This document shows positions 30,537-40,806 of a stretch of 64,000 nucleotides of DNA, one piece after another; within the stretch, counting starts at the first letter, position 1, and each line of letters opens with the position of its first letter. The translations under genes and the position numbers were made by a program. Origin of the DNA: an uncultured Gemmatimonadales bacterium (GTDB lineage: Bacteria; Gemmatimonadota; Gemmatimonadetes; Gemmatimonadales; GWC2-71-9); the NCBI GenBank assembly GCA_963844035.1, contig CAWJMT010000035.1, positions 128,001 to 192,000 on the forward strand, in the 5' to 3' direction. Below the pieces are notes generated by a model, which made no database searches, had not been told where the DNA came from, and was given only the letters and a program-made list of their open reading frames with translations.

Positions 30537-32107
30537 ATGAAACTTGAAGCACGCACCATCCTGCGGATGGTCGCCGCGGCGTTGTTCCTCGGCGCTGGTC
30601 GCGCCCAGCGTCGCCGATGCGCAGGCGAAGACGAAGAAGAAACCGAACATCCTGATCATCTGGGGTGATGACATCGGCTACTGGAATGTCAGCGCCTACA
30701 ACCAGGGCATGATGGGCTACAAGACGCCCAACATCGACCGGATCGCCAAGGAAGGCGCGCTCTTCACCGACTGGTACGGCCAGCAGAGCTGCACCGCGGG
30801 CCGCGCGGCGTTCATCACGGGCCAGGTCGGGTTCCGCACCGGGCTGCTCAAGGTCGGCCTGCCGGGCGCGAAGGAAGGGATTCAAGCACGCGACGTCACG
30901 CTGGCCCAGCTGCTCAAGGCGCAGGGCTACATGACCGCGCAGTTCGGCAAGAACCATCTTGGCGACCGCGACGAGCACCTGCCCACCGCGCATGGCTTTG
31001 ACGAGTTCATGGGATCGCTGTACCACCTCAACGCCGAGGAGGAGCCGGAGAATCCGGACTACTTCAAGGATCCCGCGATGATCAAGAAGTACAACACGCG
31101 CGGCGTGATCCACACCTGGGCCAACCCGGACGGCTCGCAGAGAATCGAGAGCACGGGGCCGCTCACCGTGAAGCGCATGGAGACGATCGACGAGGAAATC
31201 ACCAAGGCCTCGCTGGACTATCTCGACCGCGCGAAGAAGGCGGACAAGCCGTTCTTTCTGTGGTGGAACTCCACCCGCATGCACATCTTCACGCACCTGA
31301 AGGCGGCGAGCGTCGGCAAGACCGGCCTCGGCATCTATCCCGACGGCATGGTCGAACACGATGCCATGGTCGGGCAGCTGCTCGACAAGCTCAAGGCGCT
31401 CGGCCTCGAAGACAACACCATCGTCATGTATTCCACCGACAACGGCGCGGAGGAGATGTCCTGGCCCGACGGCGGCACGACGCCGTTCCGCGGCGAGAAG
31501 GCCACGAACTGGGAGGGCGGCTACCGCGTGCCGTGCGCCATCCGCTGGCCCGGCGTCATCAAGCCCGGCACCGTCAGCAACGACATCTTCGCCCACGAAG
31601 ACATGATCCCGACGATCATGGCCGCCGCCGGCGTGCCCGATGTCAAGGAGCAGCTGCTCAAGGGCATGAAGGTCGGCGACAAGACCTTCAAGGTCCATCT
31701 CGACGGCTACAACATCACCGATGCGCTGGCCGGCAAAGGCCCCGACCCGCGCCACGAGTTCTTCTACTTCAATGACGACGGCTCGCTCGTCGGCGCTGCG
31801 CTACAACCAGTGGAAGATCGTCTTTGCCGAGCAACGAGCGGAAGGCTTCGATGTCTGGCAGGAGCCGTTCGTGCAGCTGCGCATCCCGAAGATATTCAAT
31901 TTGCGCTCCGATCCGTTTGAAAAGGCCGACCATGTTGGGTTTGGCTACAGCCAGTGGCGGGCCGACCGCATGTTCCTGCTCGTGCCGGCACAGCAGTACG
32001 TCGGCGCGTTCCTGGCCACCTTCAAGGAATTCCCGCCGAGCCAGAAAGTCGGCAGCTTCTCGCTCGACCAGGTGCTGGAGACGCTGCAGCAGGGCGGCGG
32101 CAAGTAG
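30537..32107 (+). CDS. arylsulfatase, Cys-type (frameshifts ~30590, ~31790)
   Basis: PNILIIWGDDIG, QQSCTAGRA (CxAxR), FGKNHLGD, STDNG, FNLRSDPFE. Confidence 0.92.
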
Positions 32108-32195
32108 CGCCGACCGGAGTAGACAACGTCGCGGTACACCGGGCCGCATCCGTCGCATTGGCGGGTGCGGCCCTTTGGCTTTTGCGTACGGATGA

Positions 32196-32213
32196 CGTGC
32201 CCTAAGGTGCAAT
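32196..32213 (+). promoter_or_regulatory. 18-bp palindromic operator copy
   Basis: CGTGCCCTAAGGTGCAAT; GAACGT 22 nt downstream. Confidence 0.85.
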
Positions 32214-32274
32214 GGCTCGGGGGTGTCGCGCCGTCGAACGTTGGATTCCGACCCGCCTTCGCCAGGAGACGACG

Positions 32275-33015
32275 ATGAGATTCGCACCGATGCGGGCCTT
32301 ACTCGGGACCGCGCTCGCGGTCGCGCTCGGCGGCAGCTCCGCCCTCGCCGTCTATGCCCAGACACCTGGCGTCACGCAGCCTACAGTCACAGCCATCGAC
32401 ATCCTGCTCGTGCCGGACGCTACGATGCTCGAGCACGCGCAGGCCGACAACGCCCGTCTGCTCAAGGTTTACCCGAAAGGGTTCCCCCTGGATGCGAGCC
32501 ACCGTCCGCACATCACGATGCTCCAATGTTTCGTCCGCACTGCGGACTTGGACAAGGTGTATGCTGCTGAAGAAAAGGTGTTCGCTGCTGCCAACGTGAA
32601 CGCGATGAAGCTGGAGGCGTTCAAACGCTACTACCTCCCCGTCGGCGCGCTTGGCATCGCGGGCATTGTCGCCAGGCCGTCCCCTGAGTTACTCAAGTTG
32701 CAGGCGGACATCATTGCCGCCGCGAAGCCCTATGTGGTGGAGACCGGGACCATCGGCGCGTTCGCCGCCCCGCACGAAGATCCCGCCATCGACGCGGCTC
32801 TGATCCAGTATGTCTCCACGTTTGCGCAAAAGGCGACGGGCGAGCATTTCAATCCGCACGTCAGCACCGGCAACGCGCCAACAGCGTATCTCGACCAGAT
32901 GATCGCCGAACCGTTTGAGACCTTCACCTTCTCGCCGGCGGGCGCGGCTGTGTACCAGCTCGGCCCGTTCGGCACGGCCGCCAAGAACCTCAAGCAGTGG
33001 GCCTTGAAACCGTGA
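32275..33015 (+). CDS. exported 2H-phosphoesterase superfamily protein
   Basis: Signal peptide; two HxT/S motifs PHITML and PHVSTG. Confidence 0.7.
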   Translation: MRFAPMRALLGTALAVALGGSSALAVYAQTPGVTQPTVTAIDILLVPDATMLEHAQADNARLLKVYPKGFPLDASHRPHITMLQCFVRTADLDKVYAAEEKVFAAANVNAMKLEAFKRYYLPVGALGIAGIVARPSPELLKLQADIIAAAKPYVVETGTIGAFAAPHEDPAIDAALIQYVSTFAQKATGEHFNPHVSTGNAPTAYLDQMIAEPFETFTFSPAGAAVYQLGPFGTAAKNLKQWALKP

Positions 33016-33043
33016 AGCGCTCGCGGGAGGGCGGGCGGTGGGT

Positions 33044-33061
33044 CCTGTCCTAAGGTGCAAT
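33044..33061 (+). promoter_or_regulatory. 18-bp palindromic operator copy
   Basis: CCTGTCCTAAGGTGCAAT; GAATCT 22 nt downstream. Confidence 0.85.
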
Positions 33062-33127
33062 GGTTCCGTTAGCCTTGCCCGTGGAATCTTCTCACGCAGA
33101 CCCGGACGACCTCCCGAGGAGACGACG

Positions 33128-34123
33128 ATGAGAACCGCACCGATGTTCGCCCTGCTCGGCACCGCGTTCGCGTTCGCGCTCGGCGGCCCCACCCCGACAG
33201 TTCACTCCGCTGACCCGCTGCCCTCGTGGAACGAGGGGAAGGCCAAACAGTCCGTCCTCGCGTTCGTCAGTAAGGTGACGACGGAAGGCTCGCCGGCGTT
33301 CGTCCCTGCGCCCGAGCGCATTGCCGTGTTCGATAACGACGGCACGCTCTGGGCCGAGCAGCCGATGCCCTTTCAGCTGCTGTTCGCGCTCGACCGAGTG
33401 AAGGCGCTGGCGCCCCAGCACCCGGAGTGGAAGGACCAGGAGCCGTACGCCTCGCTCCTCAAGGGCGACGTGAAGGGCGCGCTCACGGCGGACGATCATG
33501 CGATGCTCGGCATCATCATGACGACCCACGCCGGCATGACCACCGACGAGTTCGACAAGATCGTCAAGGACTGGCTCGCCACCGCGAAGCATCCCGTGAC
33601 CAAACGGCCATACACCGCGATGGTGTATCAGCCGATGCTCGAGTTGCTCGCCTATCTGCGGGCGAACGGCTTCAAGACCTACATCGTCTCGGGCGGTGGC
33701 ACGGAGTTCATGCGCGCCTGGACGGAGCGGGTGTACGGCATCCCGCCCGAGCAGGTCATCGGCAGCACCATCAAGACGGCCTGGGCGTGGCAGGACGGCA
33801 AGCCGGTCCTCATGCGCCTGCCCGACGTGGATTTCATCGACGACAAGACCGGCAAGCCGGTCGGCATCCAGGAACGCATCGGCCGCCGTCCCATCGCGGC
33901 CTTCGGGAACTCCGACGGCGACCTGCAGATGCTGCAGTGGACGACCACCGGAAGCGGCGCGCGCTTTGGACTCGTGGTCCACCATACCGACGCGGCCCGG
34001 GAATGGGCCTATGACAGCACCGGATCCATCGGGCGTCTCGACCAGGCGCTCGTCGAAGCGCGGACGAAAGGCTGGACGGTCGTAGACATGAAGCAGGATT
34101 GGAAGACGATTTTCCCACAGTAG
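33128..34123 (+). CDS. exported HAD-family hydrolase (acid phosphatase-like)
   Basis: DPLPSW, VFDNDGTLW, IVSGGG, GKP, FGNSDGD. Confidence 0.9.
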   Translation: MRTAPMFALLGTAFAFALGGPTPTVHSADPLPSWNEGKAKQSVLAFVSKVTTEGSPAFVPAPERIAVFDNDGTLWAEQPMPFQLLFALDRVKALAPQHPEWKDQEPYASLLKGDVKGALTADDHAMLGIIMTTHAGMTTDEFDKIVKDWLATAKHPVTKRPYTAMVYQPMLELLAYLRANGFKTYIVSGGGTEFMRAWTERVYGIPPEQVIGSTIKTAWAWQDGKPVLMRLPDVDFIDDKTGKPVGIQERIGRRPIAAFGNSDGDLQMLQWTTTGSGARFGLVVHHTDAAREWAYDSTGSIGRLDQALVEARTKGWTVVDMKQDWKTIFPQ

Positions 34124-34137
34124 ACGCAACAAACAGC

Positions 34138-34440
34138 ATGGTAAAGCTGGGTCACAATTTCGTGAGGGCCTTGAAGCATCCCCGCTGGCGCTGGGCCCTC
34201 CTGACCGCCGTGTTGTCGGACGCTCTGGGGTTCGGCGTGGTGTTGCTGCCTCCAGTGCAGTGGGCGTTGGATGCCGTTACGGCGGGCGTGCTGTTCGCGG
34301 TGCTGGGTTTCCGTTGGGCGCTGTTGTCGGCTCTGGCCATTGAGGTGGTGCCGGCGGTGCAATTGTTCCCGGCCTGGACGCTGGTCGTCGTGGCCCTGGC
34401 GAGCGCGCACGACTCACCGCCGCGACCGCCGCTCCCATGA
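34138..34440 (+). CDS. small membrane protein
   Basis: Hydrophobic ORF, EVVPAVQLFPAWT; overlaps next start. Confidence 0.6.
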   Translation: MVKLGHNFVRALKHPRWRWALLTAVLSDALGFGVVLLPPVQWALDAVTAGVLFAVLGFRWALLSALAIEVVPAVQLFPAWTLVVVALASAHDSPPRPPLP

Positions 34441-35453
34441 AGTTCCTCACGGCGCTGGTACTCGCTGGTCACGCGTGCGCGCCGCCGGAGGCGCGGACCG
34501 CGGTCCCTTCCATGAAACAGCTGCGGAACATGACGTACGTCGGCGTTGACGAGCGCGTGGGGCGGGTGACGCTCACGAACGGTCGCTGGGAAGGCGCGCC
34601 GCTGGTCCCTGGTGCGGCCTCCAGGCCGATGGTGGAGCTGGTTGACTCCGTTCGCGTCGTGGGCGACCTCGATGGCGACGGCAGCGACGAAGTCGTGGTC
34701 CATCTCTCGTACAGCGCCGGCGGTTCGGCCACCTGGTCGTTCCTCGCGGTGGTGGCTCGCGAAGCGGGTGCCTGGCGCAACGTGGCGACGACGCCGCTCG
34801 GCGACCGCGTGCAGATCCGATCGGCCCGATCGAGGGCGGCCGGCTGCGCGTGAGCGCGCTGCGAGCGGGACCGAATGACGCGGCGTGCTGTCCCAGTCGA
34901 GCCTGTGGAATGGCAATGGACACTCGGCGGCGGCAGGCTGAACGCGGTCGATACCACCGGGACACACCCGCTCGCCGGCACGTCCTGGCAGCTCGTCCGG
35001 TTCCAGGGGAGCGACGGCTTGGTCCTGACTCCGGACGACCGGTCGAAGTACACGATCACCTTCGGAGCCGATGCCAGAGTCAGCGCGCGCATCGATTGCA
35101 ACCGCGGCAGCGGCACCTGGACCTCCGCCGGCCCGAGCCAGCTGCAGTTCGGTCCGCTCGCGCTGACACGCGCCATGTGCCCGCCGGGCTCGCTGCACGA
35201 TCGCATCGTCAAAGATTGGGGATACGTCCGCTCGTACGTCTTGAAGAACGGCCATCTGTTTCTCTCCCTGATGGCCGACGGCGGCATCTACGAGCTTCGA
35301 GCCGCTCCCGGTGGTTGGGAATGGAGATCACATGTAGGCAAAACGCACCTCACAGGCGAATCGCCTCCGTGGCATCGGTCCGTGACCCCGCTCACCTCAG
35401 AAGTTGCCCTAAACCCCCATCGTACGGCTGCTTGTCGCTCGCTCCTTCCTTAG
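34437..35453 (+). CDS. META-domain exported protein (frameshifts; end uncertain)
   Basis: GDLDGDGSDE, LAGTSWQL, RIDCNRGSG, FGPLALTRAMCPPGS, LMADGGIY. Confidence 0.7.
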
Positions 35454-35464
35454 AGGAACGTCCC

Positions 35465-36806
35465 GTGCGGATTTCTGCTGTGAGCTTGGGCCTGGTGGCC
35501 CTGATTGCGTATGCCGCGCCCCTCGAGCGCTCAGTTCGCGAGTGCGCGCGGCATGGGCATGGGTGGGGTGAGTCTCACCAGGGACGGTACCCTGACGCGC
35601 TACAATCCGGCCTATCGCGCCGTGCTGGACCGCCCCGGCCAGCCCGGGGCCCCGAAGCTCACGGTCCCGCTGCCGCTGGGACTGTTCCGTTTCTTCCACG
35701 ATCACCCGATAGGGCAGATCAAGGACGATCCGATGTTCCATCCGGACTCTGCGAATTTCAACCCGGTGGATCTGATCAACCTGATCCTCAACCCCCCGTT
35801 CAACTATCCGTTGAAAGATCCGGATGCGCCGACGAACGACATCGAGTTCGGCATCGGGAAGGACTCGCTGCAGATCCTGCTCGGGAGTGCCCAGGCGATC
35901 GTTCCGGCAGGTCCGTTCGGCATCACGAACTCCGCCCGCCTGTTCGATTTCAATGTGGGGGTCAAGGGCGCGCGCATCGGCGTAACGACCTGGTTGCAGA
36001 CGAAGGTCACCTTCCAGCTCGGGGATTCGCTCCTCTCAGTGTTGAAGGAAGGGAACCCCGTGACGGACAACACCAACTACACCTTGAGCCAGAGCAGTCT
36101 CGCGCAGGCAGGGTGGGCCCCGTCCCTCGGATGGGCAGGCAAGGTGTACGGGACCAGTGAGCGCGGGTTCTACCTTGGCGGCAACGTCCACTACTACTTC
36201 GGCGTTGCCTATGCCCAGGCCACCAGCATGGGCGGCTTCATGACGGGGGACACGATCTTCGGGAATACGCTGGCCCTCAGCGCGGTGAACAAGATCAGCT
36301 ACTCGGCCTTTGGCAACTCATTCGGTCACGGCATCGGGGTCGATCTCGGCGCTGTGTGGGTGTCGGGGCCGATCGAAGTCGGGCTCGGCGTCAGCGACAT
36401 CGGTGCCACGCTCACCTGGGGCGACACGCGCACCGACTTCCAGCACTACGACACCACGACCAATGAGATCGTGACCGACTCGGTGTACCGGCATCAGGAG
36501 ACCAAGACCAAGCTGCCCGTGCTGTACCTTGCGAACCTCTCCTACACCACCGGGCCCACCACCGTCGGGTTTAACCTCGTGAACGGCGGTAATGGCACCC
36601 AGCTCCGCGTGGGCGCCGAGCAGCGGTTCGGTCCGTTCGTGGTGCGCGGTGGGCTGGGGCGCGATCAGCGGAAGCAGGTCCAGTTCGGCGGGGGTGGGGG
36701 GATTCGGATGGGACCGATACAGCTCGACGTCGGCATCGCGACGCACTCAAACTCGCTCTCGGACGAGCGAGGCTACACGCTCGCGACCTCACTCTCGATC
36801 TACTAG
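35465..36806 (+). CDS. outer-membrane barrel protein, FadL/DUF5723-like (frameshift ~35515)
   Basis: ARGMGMGG...YNPA N-terminus, GIGVDLG, VGAEQRF, C-terminal LSIY. Confidence 0.65.
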
Positions 36807-36816
36807 GAGACGCGTC

Positions 36817-37385
36817 ATGCGGAGAACATGGATCGGGTTGGGGGTGGTGCTGGCGAGCGTCACGGCGGCTTGTGGCGCGGGGCGTGTGATCTTCAACGTC
36901 GATGTGTACAGCTTCCTCAAGGGGACCACGGACACGGTCGCCTACATTGCGCCACCGCTCTCGTCCAACATCACCGCATCCAACCCGGCGCAGAAGATCA
37001 ACCTGGTGCCGGGTCTGGGACAGTCGGGGATCGATACGGTGAAAGTCAGTTTCACCGCGAGCGTGATGAACCAGACCGGCGGTCCCGGCACGCTTGCGGT
37101 TCCAGGTCTACCTCGCTGCCGACTCGGCGGGCACGTACGGTGCCGGGAAGGACAGCTTGTTCAGCCCCGCGCCCTCGGCGAACATCACGGCGGGGGTGAA
37201 CACCCAGCCGATGGCCTTCGCGGTGCCGAATCTGTCGCCGAGCGAGCGATTCGCTGTTCACCAACTCGTCGGTCTGGGTCCGCCTCACGGCCACCGTCTC
37301 GAACTCAGGGGCCGCGATCATGCAGGGGAAGGCCGTGCTCACGGGGCTGGATCTCCGGGTCGTGGTGACGGACCAGCTCTTCTAA
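36817..37385 (+). CDS. hypothetical lipoprotein (frameshifts)
   Basis: AGGAG RBS; MRRTWIGLGVVLASVTAAC lipobox. Confidence 0.6.
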
Positions 37386-37487
37386 CAGCCGGGGGAGGGG
37401 TGCGGTGGAGCGCCCGCTCCCCGTTGCACGTTTGCAGGTTGCCCGTTGCCCGTTCCTCGTCGCCGCCGCCATCCCTATATTGAGGCT

Positions 37488-38704
<1,217 letters not shown>

Positions 38705-38712
38705 CGCGGACC

Positions 38713-39114
38713 TTACGGTTTGAGCACCTGCTCCCGCCCGTCCCCGTTGGTCAATTTCAGCCAGGTCTCCTTACCCTTCGCTTCCAGTATGACGTGCGTC
38801 TGGTCGGTCACGCCGATGAACCCGATTCCCCCGCCTTGCGCCGACCCGCCCATTTTCACCTCAGGCCGCCCCTCGGCATCGATCAGTCGGAGTATCACGT
38901 TTTCGGGGAAGGCCTCGCCGTTCGGCATGCGCCCGGGGGGCTGCACCTTGATGCTGGCCCGCACGCGCCCGTGGTCGTCCACGATCTCGAGCGCGCGACC
39001 GCGCAGCACCGGCGCGACGTCGCCCGCTTCCGCCGATCGGACGCGCCCAAGCAGCAGCACCAGGAGCCCGAGGTTGGCGACGGTCAGGGCCATCAGCAGT
39101 CGCTGGGTATTCAT
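38713..39114 (-). CDS. hypothetical exported protein
   Basis: GAGG RBS, signal-like N-terminus, [17 protein letters not shown]. Confidence 0.65.
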   Translation of the reverse strand: MNTQRLLMALTVANLGLLVLLLGRVRSAEAGDVAPVLRGRALEIVDDHGRVRASIKVQPPGRMPNGEAFPENVILRLIDAEGRPEVKMGGSAQGGGIGFIGVTDQTHVILEAKGKETWLKLTNGDGREQVLKP

Positions 39115-39168
39115 GGTTGTTTCTCCTCGATGGGGGATCGTGCGGGGGGAGTTGGGCGGCGTGGCCGC

Positions 39169-39522
39169 TCAGGCAATCCTACCCCCCAGGGGCACGTCGC
39201 GGTCCGGTGCGACCAATACGATGTCTCCGGCGCCCAGCACCACGCCCAGCGTCAGTACTTCGGAGTGGAAGTCGGCGATCTGGCGGGGCGGGAAGTTCAC
39301 CACGGCGAGCACCAGCCGTCCTAAGAGGTCGTCCTTCCCGTAGTGTTTCGTGATCTGTGCGCTCGACGTCTTCACTCCCAGGTCACCGAAATCGATCCGC
39401 AGCTTGAAGGCAGGCTTGCGGGCCTTGGGGAAGTCGTCCACCTGCACGATCCGGCCCACCCGAATGTCCACCTTGGCGAAGTCGTCGAAGGTGATCTGCG
39501 AGTCGAAGGTGACCTGAGCCAT
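39169..39522 (-). CDS. csaA: CsaA-like tRNA-binding / export chaperone
   Basis: [35 protein letters not shown]. Confidence 0.9.
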   Translation of the reverse strand: MAQVTFDSQITFDDFAKVDIRVGRIVQVDDFPKARKPAFKLRIDFGDLGVKTSSAQITKHYGKDDLLGRLVLAVVNFPPRQIADFHSEVLTLGVVLGAGDIVLVAPDRDVPLGGRIA

Positions 39523-39567
39523 AGAACCATTTAGCTTTCGATTTCACACGAGCACAAGGGTCTTCGA

Positions 39568-40302
39568 ATGGTCAGCCTCAATACCCCCCTCTGCGACTTC
39601 GGCTGGAAGGCCGTGGATTTCGACCTGCCGGGCGTGGACGGGAAGCGCTACCGCCTCCGCGACGTACTGGGCAAGAACGGGTTGCTCGTCATGTTCATCT
39701 GCAACCACTGCCCCTACGTGAAGGCGGTGCGTGAGCGCCTGGTGCGCGATGCCCGAGATCTCGCGCAGCACGGCATCGGCGCGATCGCGATCATGTCCAA
39801 CGATCCCGCCGACTATCCGGAGGACTCGTTCGAGAACATGAAGCTGGCGGCGCAGCAGTACCACTATCCGTTCCCCTACGTCTGGGACGAGTCCCAGGAC
39901 GTGGCGAAGGCGTACGCTGCCGTGTGCACCCCGGACTTCTTCGGGTTCAATGCGAACCTGGAGCTGCAGTATCGCGGCCGGCTGGATGCCTCGCGTAAGG
40001 AGACGGCCCCGGAGGCGCGCCGGGACTTGTACGAAGCGATGGTGCAGGTGGCGCGCACGGGCAAGGGACCCCTCGATCAGATCGCCAGCATCGGCTGCTC
40101 GATCAAGTGGAGGCAGGAGACCTCACCCCCTGACCCCCTCTCGGCGATCGGGAGAGGGGGAACCAAGGGACAGTTCGCTCGTGAGGAGCTTCTCAAGCGT
40201 GCCTCTGAGACATCCTTGCTGCTGAGACGTACGACTCGAAACCACACGCTTCGAGGCGCGACGCGCGAGCCTCATCGTACGATGAGTCGGCTCTGCTCGT
40301 GA
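39568..40302 (+). CDS. thioredoxin-family (AhpC/TSA-like) protein with extended C-terminus
   Basis: FICNHCPYV, AVCTPDFF, YRGRLD, SIGCSIKW. Confidence 0.9.
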   Translation: MVSLNTPLCDFGWKAVDFDLPGVDGKRYRLRDVLGKNGLLVMFICNHCPYVKAVRERLVRDARDLAQHGIGAIAIMSNDPADYPEDSFENMKLAAQQYHYPFPYVWDESQDVAKAYAAVCTPDFFGFNANLELQYRGRLDASRKETAPEARRDLYEAMVQVARTGKGPLDQIASIGCSIKWRQETSPPDPLSAIGRGGTKGQFAREELLKRASETSLLLRRTTRNHTLRGATREPHRTMSRLCS

Positions 40303-40591
40303 ATTCCGCCGTCGATTTCGAGTACGAGGCGTAGTTCCGCACAATAGAAATCGACGATGAATCCGCGGATGACATGCTGCCTTCGAAACTTGCAGGAGCC
40401 CCCGGTACGATCGCAGCCAGTCGTCGCGCCGCAGTCCTCAGCGAAGCTGAGTCGGATGCGGATCGCGGCGGATCCACACGTGAGCACTGTACGGCCCCGG
40501 CAACCTCTGGGTGACCGGATCACCGCGCATCGGACCGTTCCCGCGCGTTCCCCCTCTCCCGATAGGGAGAGGGGGTCAGGGGGTGAGGTCT
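40118..40591. mobile_element. DUF559 endonuclease gene flanked by inverted REP-like palindromic repeats
   Basis: 40118-40163 and 40547-40591 are near-perfect inverted copies of AGACCTCACCCCCTGACCCCCTCTC-N-GGGAGAGGGGGAAC. Confidence 0.7.
40193..40523 (-). pseudogene. DUF559 endonuclease-domain gene, fragmented
   Basis: KFRRQHVIRGFIVDFYCAELRLVLEIDGGIH, then YDEARASRLEACGF in another frame. Confidence 0.75.
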
Positions 40592-40718
40592 AACCCGGGA
40601 GGGAGTGGGGTGTCGCTCGCAGAGGGGTCGGGGTGACGCTCCACCACGGCGGGGAGTCAGGGGTGAGGTGACTCAGGGGAGGGGATCAGCGCTTCGCCGA
40701 GAACCTGCAATCCTCAGA

Positions 40719-40736
40719 GTTAGACCAAAGGACACG
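40719..40736 (+). promoter_or_regulatory. weak operator copy upstream of DUF481-FGE operon
   Basis: GTTAGACCAAAGGACACG; CACATT exactly 22 nt downstream. Confidence 0.45.
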
Positions 40737-40806
40737 TCCCTTCCGCCCGCTCCCCGTCCACATTTGTGGTGGCAACAACTCCACGAAGCCGACGCGGGGG
40801 AGATCC

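Noticed and set aside
753..33061. 18-bp repeats as CRISPR repeats, integron attC sites or recombination sites
   Set aside because: Copies are degenerate, kilobases apart and at a fixed distance from -10-like hexamers; no cas, integrase or recombinase gene is in the window.
12703..33078. TGGCTC/TGGCAC after the operator as a sigma54 -24 element
   Set aside because: The required GG-N10-GC spacing is met only at 12703-12717 among the copies checked.
35403..35420. GTTGCCCTAAACCCCCAT as an operator copy
   Set aside because: Only the left arm matches, and no nAnnnT hexamer lies at 21-23 nt.
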